This document shows, one piece after another, positions 33,877-34,921 of a stretch of 34,921 bases of DNA. Position 1 is the stretch's first letter. Each line of letters begins with the position of its first letter. Made by a program: the position numbers and the translations under genes. The notes under the pieces were generated by a model. The model worked only from the letters and a program-made list of their open reading frames with translations. It made no database searches and had not been told where the DNA came from. Source of the stretch: a virus (taxonomy: Duplodnaviria; Caudoviricetes); IMG/VR virus record IMGVR_UViG_3300032050_000433, positions 1 through 34,921 of that record; one strand, written 5' to 3'.

Positions 33877-34752
33877 TTACACCATCCTGCCTTTAGTTTT
33901 GCCGCGCATTTCACAGCCGCCACCACGTACTTGTCCACCTTTGGCATAGCCAACCCGGCCACCACGAGCGCGGAGTTCGTAGTCCGTGTCCTCATCCCGT
34001 GTGCGAGAGCGAGGAGACTTCTTCTTGGGCGTGGCTTGCATGATGGGCTTGTTAGCCTCCATAGCTTCAGCACGGCCCTTGGCAATGGCAGGAGACGGCG
34101 TCTCGGAACCAATCCGACGGCGAGTCACATTAGCTTTTGCAGGAGGCAACTGCTTCGGGCTATCGCCACCCTTGACCGGCGTACCAGACTTCGGGCCTTC
34201 AAGCCTGTCCATCTTGTTTACACCAACCCGCTCAGCGGGCGTGACATTGCGACGGCCAGAAGCGCCCAAGAACGTCACAGGAGTTTCGGTGGTTGCCAAT
34301 GCGCGGCCAGTTGGCTTAGCGGCTTGTGCGCCACGGGCAGCCATACGCAGACCTGACAACCCAGAAACACCACCGAGCGTGTTCAGGATGTTGCGCTCTG
34401 TGTCGCTCATGCTCCGGCTGCCATCAGAAGGCGGAGCAGTGTAGGAGCCAGCCCCTGGGATCTGACCGGCAGGCGCTGCATCCATACGGGCAGCAGGACG
34501 CGCAGGAGCAGCCTTGGCAGCAGCCTTTGGGGCTGCAGCTTGCTTGTTTACAAAGCGCTTTGCCCGCTCGTAAACATCTTGGTCAAAGCTGCCCTTCTCT
34601 TCACCCGAAGCAAGAGCATCAAGCGCCGAATAGCGCTTGGGCATGGCCTTGTCTTCAAAGTCCTCAAGATCACGGGGCTTGGCCTTGGGAAGAGCTTTGT
34701 CTTCAAAGTCTTCCATGCCGCCTTCGGCAAATTTACGTACACGGCGCTTCAT
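33877..34752 (-). CDS. disordered basic GG-motif protein (291 aa)
   Basis: True start is probably the ATG at 34752 (ATGA overlap with the upstream stop): MKRRVRKFAEGG...; ends YAKGGQVRGGGCEMRGKTKGRMV*. Confidence 0.85.
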   Translation of the reverse strand: MKRRVRKFAEGGMEDFEDKALPKAKPRDLEDFEDKAMPKRYSALDALASGEEKGSFDQDVYERAKRFVNKQAAAPKAAAKAAPARPAARMDAAPAGQIPGAGSYTAPPSDGSRSMSDTERNILNTLGGVSGLSGLRMAARGAQAAKPTGRALATTETPVTFLGASGRRNVTPAERVGVNKMDRLEGPKSGTPVKGGDSPKQLPPAKANVTRRRIGSETPSPAIAKGRAEAMEANKPIMQATPKKKSPRSRTRDEDTDYELRARGGRVGYAKGGQVRGGGCEMRGKTKGRMV

Positions 34753-34919
34753 ACGATCCTGCCTTTCGTCTTCCCACGCTTGGCGCATCCATCGATAGAT
34801 CCGCCTTTTGCATAACCTTTGACGTTACCGCCCTTTTTGTAATCATCGCTCATACGCGGAGTGCGAGTTTCAAAAAACTCATCTTCTCTGGGCTGCCGAT
34901 AACGCAAACGTCCCGACAT
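34749..34919 (-). CDS. GG-motif protein, probably partial (5' end likely outside window)
   Basis: Missing from the track: ...MSGRLRYRQPREDEFFETRTPRMSDDYKKGGNVKGYAKGGSIDGCAKRGKTKGRIV*. Confidence 0.8.
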   Translation of the reverse strand: MSGRLRYRQPREDEFFETRTPRMSDDYKKGGNVKGYAKGGSIDGCAKRGKTKGRIV

Positions 34920-34921
34920 TT

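Noticed and set aside
1-34921. tRNA/rRNA genes, integrase, stop-codon reassignment, programmed frameshift
   Set aside because: Almost no intergenic space; genes tile under the standard code with all three stops used; no supporting signal seen.

Overview
A ~35 kb segment of a tailed dsDNA phage genome. It is most likely a podovirus-type phage (head-tail adaptors, nozzle and internal ejection proteins; no tape measure, tail tube or sheath genes seen). The host is unknown; a freshwater betaproteobacterium is only a guess. Bases 1-1989 (+) are the end of a tightly coupled array of small accessory genes, including an NrdR-like Zn ribbon, a DUF3310 protein and a Ref/HNH-like nuclease. Bases 1976-34921 (-) are one late operon. 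Read from the right, it encodes small basic 'GG-motif' proteins, two adaptor-like proteins, a Zn-finger protein, putative decoration proteins, a 1295-aa repeat filament, tail fibres with chaperones, a lysis cassette split by a GIY-YIG endonuclease, a nozzle, a spike-like protein, three putative ejection proteins and a 2522-aa polyvalent protein. Four observations stand out. (1) The giant protein is built from domains (HExxH peptidase, HhH-glycosylase-like, ParB-like, LPD38-like) separated by a recurring KxSL(R) motif, and two of its linkers hide +1-frame genes with their own Shine-Dalgarno sites. (2) A [YFML]-[AK]-x-G-G motif recurs in six putative capsid-internal proteins and brackets an 'HGEFV' domain, suggesting a shared processing or packaging code. 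(3) An accessory gene carries what looks like a copy of a major-capsid N-terminal peptide. (4) Identical or near-identical RBS/stop/start junction repeats flank apparently mobile gene cassettes. All family calls come from motif recognition by eye; no database search was run.
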